Notes under the pieces: model-generated
What the model saw: only the letters and a program-made list of their open reading frames with translations
What the model was told of the DNA's origin: nothing
Database searches by the model: none
Translations under genes and position numbers: made by a program
Assembly: GCA_025993875.1 (NCBI GenBank)
Contig: JAMQHH010000013.1
Location: 8,459 to 72,458 of the forward strand
Direction: 5' to 3'
DNA: 64,000 nt
Source: Candidatus Dojkabacteria bacterium
Lineage (GTDB): Bacteria > Patescibacteriota > Dojkabacteria > J137
In this document: piece by piece, positions 60,091-64,000 of the stretch
Position numbering within the stretch: the first letter of the stretch is position 1
Layout: each line of letters begins with the position of its first letter

Positions 60091-60396
60091 CTATTTAGCT
60101 TTAGATCTCTCCTCTGTTTTCTTGCCAGGTTTTTTAGCAAATTTTCTTATAAAATTGGCCGGTTTGAGTATAGACTTTTTTATAAGAATTCTTCTAACGG
60201 TTTCTGTAGGTTGTGCTCCAACTGATAGCCAATACTTTACCCTCTCCTCGTTTAAATTGATCTCCTTTTTTATTGGAGAATAGTTACCTACAATCTCTAG
60301 GTTTTTTGTCTCTCGTTTTTCTCTTGCCGGCACTACAACTACCCTGTACGAAGGAAGATTTTTTCTTCCTGTTCTAGATAACCTAATTTTTACCAT
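60091..60396 (-). CDS. rpsP: 30S ribosomal protein S16
   Basis: MVKIRLSRTGRKNLPSYRVVV... The start was trimmed to an internal Met of the track ORF. Confidence 0.85.
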   Translation of the reverse strand: MVKIRLSRTGRKNLPSYRVVVVPAREKRETKNLEIVGNYSPIKKEINLNEERVKYWLSVGAQPTETVRRILIKKSILKPANFIRKFAKKPGKKTEERSKAK

Positions 60397-60494
60397 TTTT
60401 CTTATCTTAACTAAATAATAAAGATGTATTCCACCATTGGGAATCAGCTTAAATAATAGCAAAAATACGGTAATTTGTCATTATAATAATTTTG

Positions 60495-61211
60495 CTATTT
60501 AAAGTGTAATTGAATCATCTCGTCCCAGTTATTTAGCGCATCTACTGCCGCCTGTTGCTCAGCTTCCTGTTTGCTTTTTCCTTCCCCTTTTCCAAACTCA
60601 AAATTTTCAACTATTGCCGACATCTCGAAGGTTTTATTATGATCAGGGCCCGTTGCCGAGATAAGCTTATAAACCGGGGTTATCCTTAACTTTTCCTGTG
60701 CCAGTTCCTGCAGCTTAGTTTTTGCATCAATATCTTCCCTGCCAGCAATAATTCGTTCAATCTTATAGCAAAGCTCTCTAAGTATAAATTCTGAACACAA
60801 AGATAGCCCGTTTTTAGGATTATCCATGTAAATTGCACCTATTAATGCTTCAAATGTGTTAGCAAGGATATATGGCCTTGTTCTGCCACCCGAGCTTTCC
60901 TCTCCCTTGCTTAGGTATAGAAATTCGTAAAGAGCAAGTCTTTTGGCTTCGTAAGCTAATGATTCTGTTTTTACCAAAGCGGCTCTAAAACTTGTTAGAT
61001 CGCCTTCTTTATAGTCTGGAAAATTTTTAAATAAAAAGTCCGATACAACAAGTTCTAATACTGCATCGCCTAAAAATTCCAACCTCTCATTGTTTCGAAG
61101 TCCTTCTGATGTATTTTCGTTTACAAAAGATCGGTGAGTAAAAGCTTCTTTATAAAAAAGCGGGTTGTTAATTTTTATTCCTGTTATTTTTTCTATTCTA
61201 TCCATAATCAC
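60495..61211 (-). CDS. rnc: Ribonuclease III
   Basis: RNase III signature ERLEFLGDAV plus a C-terminal dsRBD. Confidence 0.9.
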   Translation of the reverse strand: MIMDRIEKITGIKINNPLFYKEAFTHRSFVNENTSEGLRNNERLEFLGDAVLELVVSDFLFKNFPDYKEGDLTSFRAALVKTESLAYEAKRLALYEFLYLSKGEESSGGRTRPYILANTFEALIGAIYMDNPKNGLSLCSEFILRELCYKIERIIAGREDIDAKTKLQELAQEKLRITPVYKLISATGPDHNKTFEMSAIVENFEFGKGEGKSKQEAEQQAAVDALNNWDEMIQLHFK

Positions 61212-61642
61212 TCCTGGGTTATTTTTCCCAGCACTCCGTTAATAAATTTGGCAGAACCTTCATCACTTAATTCTTTTGTTAATTCTATGGCTTCGTTTAT
61301 AACTACTTTAAAAGGGCTGCCTTTTTTAAATTTTATTTCCCAGATTGCAATTCTTAAAATAGCTAGATTAACCGGCTTAAGTTCGGATAAAGGCCATTCG
61401 GGAGCATTATCGGTAATAACTTTATCTAACTCTTCATGATTTGCTAATACACCTTCTATTATTTCCTGGTACAACTTTCTATTAAATCGCCTTTCTTGCA
61501 GCTCATTTAACAAGCTTTCGGTCTCAAAAAACTCAGTTTTAAATTTATTATTACTGGCTGCTGTATAAAGGTACTGAACAGCAAGCATTCTTGCCACGTG
61601 TCGCTTGTCGTGAAGAGGTTTTTTACCTTCACCTGTATTCAT
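61208..61642 (-). CDS. nusB: Transcription antitermination factor NusB
   Basis: RHVARMLAVQYLY... all-helical NusB fold, with a 4-nt overlap with rnc. Confidence 0.85.
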   Translation of the reverse strand: MNTGEGKKPLHDKRHVARMLAVQYLYTAASNNKFKTEFFETESLLNELQERRFNRKLYQEIIEGVLANHEELDKVITDNAPEWPLSELKPVNLAILRIAIWEIKFKKGSPFKVVINEAIELTKELSDEGSAKFINGVLGKITQE

Positions 61643-61646
61643 ATCT

Positions 61647-61874
61647 TTACTTCTTTTTTTTAGAAGAGATAACTTTTATCCCTTTATAAACTGGATTTTC
61701 TTTTGTAACTGTATGTGGTGGAACCTTTTTGCCCGATTCTTTGTCTAAAACCAAAAAGCTACCACCATTCTTTTTAAGAATTCTTACTTTGTTTAGCAAA
61801 ACATCGTGTCTATTTGCTGCTCTGGTTGTTTTTCGTCTTCTCGAAGACCTTCTGTGTTTTGGTGTTGCTGCCAT
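61647..61874 (-). CDS. rpmF: 50S ribosomal protein L32 with C-terminal extension
   Basis: MAATPKHRRSSRRR...HTVTKENPVYKGIKVI, L32-like. Confidence 0.75.
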   Translation of the reverse strand: MAATPKHRRSSRRRKTTRAANRHDVLLNKVRILKKNGGSFLVLDKESGKKVPPHTVTKENPVYKGIKVISSKKKK

Positions 61875-61942
61875 CTTTTAAATTATAAAAAACTATTAAA
61901 TGCAGGGTCATTTTAACATAGTTTACTTACTTTTACCTCTAA

Positions 61943-62500
61943 TTATTGGGAAATTTTACTTTTCAAAAAAATAAGGGTATTCTCCCCAATTTTTTCTAGC
62001 CTTATTAGATTAAATACTTTTAGCGAATTAAGTTGTGATAGATTTACACCAGTCGGTATTTTAATGACAATAACCCCATCTTTTACAATTTTATCCTTAA
62101 GCTTGTATAGTGGAATACTGGTAATTAAATTAAATGGCGGATCGGCTATTATAAGATCAAAGGTGTTATTGGGCGACTTTCTTAAGAAACGGTCAAAATC
62201 ATAATTATATATATAATAGCTATCTTCGCTAACTTGAGCTTTGTGTAAATTTTCGAGGATTATCTTTACAGAGTCGCTATCACTCTCCAAAAACGTTACA
62301 TGTGTTGCTCTTCTACTTAATGCCTCTATGCCGATGTTTCCTGAGCCGCTAAATAGATCGGCCACAAACTTATAACTGTAGTTATTATCTAGAATATCAA
62401 AAAGTGTAGTTTTTACTCTTTCTGTTATTGGCCTTATTCCTAAAGGAATTTTAAGCTTTAGGTTTTTATATTTTCCTGCAATTATTCTTGGACTATTCAT
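61943..62500 (-). CDS. rsmD: 16S rRNA (guanine966-N2)-methyltransferase RsmD-like
   Basis: DLFSGSGNIGIEALSRRA, the DPPF motif (IIADPPFN), 185 aa. Confidence 0.85.
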   Translation of the reverse strand: MNSPRIIAGKYKNLKLKIPLGIRPITERVKTTLFDILDNNYSYKFVADLFSGSGNIGIEALSRRATHVTFLESDSDSVKIILENLHKAQVSEDSYYIYNYDFDRFLRKSPNNTFDLIIADPPFNLITSIPLYKLKDKIVKDGVIVIKIPTGVNLSQLNSLKVFNLIRLEKIGENTLIFLKSKISQ

Positions 62501-62951
62501 TTAAAATTAAGTAATATAAAACAATACCTACAGTTGTTGCTATATTTAGGGAGTTTTTTTTACCTTTCATTGGTAGTTCAACAGTTATATCGCTTAATTC
62601 TACTATTTCCTCTGCAACTCCCGCAATTTCGTTACCAAAAATAAGAGCTAGTTTTGTAAAATTTTCTAGAAAATTTACTGGTTTAGCATTTTGTGACTGC
62701 TCTACAGCGCAAATTTGAAATCCCTTTTTCTTTAAAATATTTATTGCATCGCGCGTGTTGCTGTAATAACTGGTTTTTACATAATTTTCGGCTCCGATAG
62801 CTGTCTTTTTTACTCTGGGGTGCCCTGCCTGAGGGGTTATTCCACATAGATATAATTCCAATACTCCAGCTCCATCACATGTTCTTAAAATAGCTCCAAC
62901 ATTTAGTGCCGATCTTACATTATCCAAAACAACAGCTATATCCTTTTTCAT
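62493..62951 (-). CDS. Small SPOUT (TrmH/TrmL-like) RNA 2'-O-methyltransferase
   Basis: 152 aa with SPOUT motifs (NVGAILRTCDGAG, IFGNEIAGV, SLNIATTVGIVLY). Confidence 0.75.
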   Translation of the reverse strand: MKKDIAVVLDNVRSALNVGAILRTCDGAGVLELYLCGITPQAGHPRVKKTAIGAENYVKTSYYSNTRDAINILKKKGFQICAVEQSQNAKPVNFLENFTKLALIFGNEIAGVAEEIVELSDITVELPMKGKKNSLNIATTVGIVLYYLILNE

Positions 62952-62956
62952 ATAAG

Positions 62957-64000
62957 TTATTCGAATAAAGATATATTTTTTATATTAAGTCTGTAAAGCT
63001 TTTCTGCGAGTATTTTACTAGCTTCCAGCTGATTAATAAAGTTCTCAACTTTTGCAATTTTGAACAAAGGTACTCCACTTTGCATTACACCATATATTTC
63101 ACCTGGTCCTCTTAACTTTAAATCAAATTCCGAAATTTTAAACCCATCGGTATTATCTTTTAAAAACTCAAGCCTTTTTTGTGCTGTGTCCGAAATCTTG
63201 TCCGAATAAAATAAAAAGCACCAGCTTTCTTTGCTTGATCTCCCTACTCTACCTCGTATTTGGTGCAATTGAGCCAATCCAAATCTCTCCGAATTTTCAA
63301 CAATAACTATATTTGCATTGGGAACATCCACTCCTACTTCTATAACTGTTGTTGCCAATAAAATTTGAGTTTTATTTTCTATAAACCTTTTAAAAACCGA
63401 TTCCTTGTTTTTTATTTTTCCGTGTAAAAAATCAATATTAAATTCTGCGAAGCTCTCTTTTAGTATTTTGTATGTTCTTTCTACCGATTTAAGCTCGGCT
63501 TTATTGTTATCGTTTATTGTTGGGCAGATCCAAAATATTTGATCTCCTAATTTTATTCTTTCTTTTAACCATTTTATAGAAGCATCTCGTTTTTCCTCTT
63601 TTACAACAAAGGTTTTAATTGGCTTTCTTCCAATTGGTTTGGTTTTAATATCTATAACTTCTAAATCCCCAAAAAAAGCTTGAGCAACTGTTCGAGGGAT
63701 AGGTGTGGCGGTAAGATTTAGAAAATGCGGAGTACTGCCTAAAATAAATGGCTTTAAAAGCTCCTCTCTTTGAGTAACTCCAAATCTATGTTGTTCGTCT
63801 ACTATAACAGCCCCGATTTTTGAAAAAAGTTTAAATTTGCGTTTTAATAATGCGGTTGTTCCAATGTAAGTTGTAGCCTTCTCGATTTTTTTTTCTTTGC
63901 CTGTTACTAATACTGTTTTTAACCCCCATTTACCTAGAATTTTACCGAAAGTATTTAAGTGTTGTTCTGCTAATATAGTTGTTGGACATAGTACAACTGT
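62957..64000 (-). CDS. recG: ATP-dependent DNA helicase RecG (C-terminal ~350 aa; N-terminus beyond window end)
   Basis: The minus-strand frame is open from 63358 to the window edge. Manual translation gives VIVDEQHRFGVTQRE (DExH box), LTATPIPRT, and the helicase C-terminal HQIRGRVGRS. The track ORF start at 63358 is only the first in-frame TTG. Confidence 0.85.
   Translation of the reverse strand, partial: TVVLCPTTILAEQHLNTFGKILGKWGLKTVLVTGKEKKIEKATTYIGTTALLKRKFKLFSKIGAVIVDEQHRFGVTQREELLKPFILGSTPHFLNLTATPIPRTVAQAFFGDLEVIDIKTKPIGRKPIKTFVVKEEKRDASIKWLKERIKLGDQIFWICPTINDNNKAELKSVERTYKILKESFAEFNIDFLHGKIKNKESVFKRFIENKTQILLATTVIEVGVDVPNANIVIVENSERFGLAQLHQIRGRVGRSSKESWCFLFYSDKISDTAQKRLEFLKDNTDGFKISEFDLKLRGPGEIYGVMQSGVPLFKIAKVENFINQLEASKILAEKLYRLNIKNISLFE

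Noticed and set aside
62957-63358. Apparent short 133-aa helicase fragment with start at 63358
   Set aside because: The start is only the first in-frame TTG. The reading frame is open to the window edge and encodes upstream RecG motifs (DEQH, TATPIPRT), so the feature was extended to 64000 as a partial recG.

Overview
This is a low-GC (roughly one-third G+C, judged by eye), densely packed bacterial window, almost entirely housekeeping genes. The recognisable content is: rho; an rpmG-secE-nusG-rplKAJL ribosomal cluster; rpsB-tsf-frr-rseP; rpsU; dnaX-ybaB-recR; rpsF-ssb-rpsR; prfA and rpmE; dnaB; yebC-ruvCAB; gyrBA; and rnc-nusB-rpmF-rsmD. Seven tRNAs are present: Arg(CCT), Trp(CCA), Thr(TGT), Tyr(GTA), Thr(GGT) and Leu(CAA). 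The accessory content comprises a DNA-uptake set (comEA, a split comEC, dprA) and a complete secretin-less type IV pilus operon (pilB-pilT-pilC-pilin-pseudopilins-pilMNO). Several signs suggest a reduced-genome CPR/Patescibacteria-like organism: ribosomal proteins with tails, missing conserved neighbours (rplI, pyrH, uppS-cdsA-dxr), and an NDK carrying an insertion. This placement is inference from gene content only. The most unusual locus is at 5251-7372 on the minus strand. It holds a stand-alone 7-TM membrane protein translationally coupled to a RimK-like ATP-grasp amidoligase fused to a retropepsin-like (RimB/DUF785-type) protease domain. This looks like a compact form of a predicted but biochemically uncharacterised peptide-modification system. 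Other items worth a second look are two divergent MreB paralogs (one paired with PBP2 but without mreCD or rodA), an FN3-plus-polytopic membrane protein after ruvB, a long structured rho leader, and a 750-nt convergent non-coding gap downstream of gyrA. I saw no CRISPR array, transposase, rRNA or DGR.
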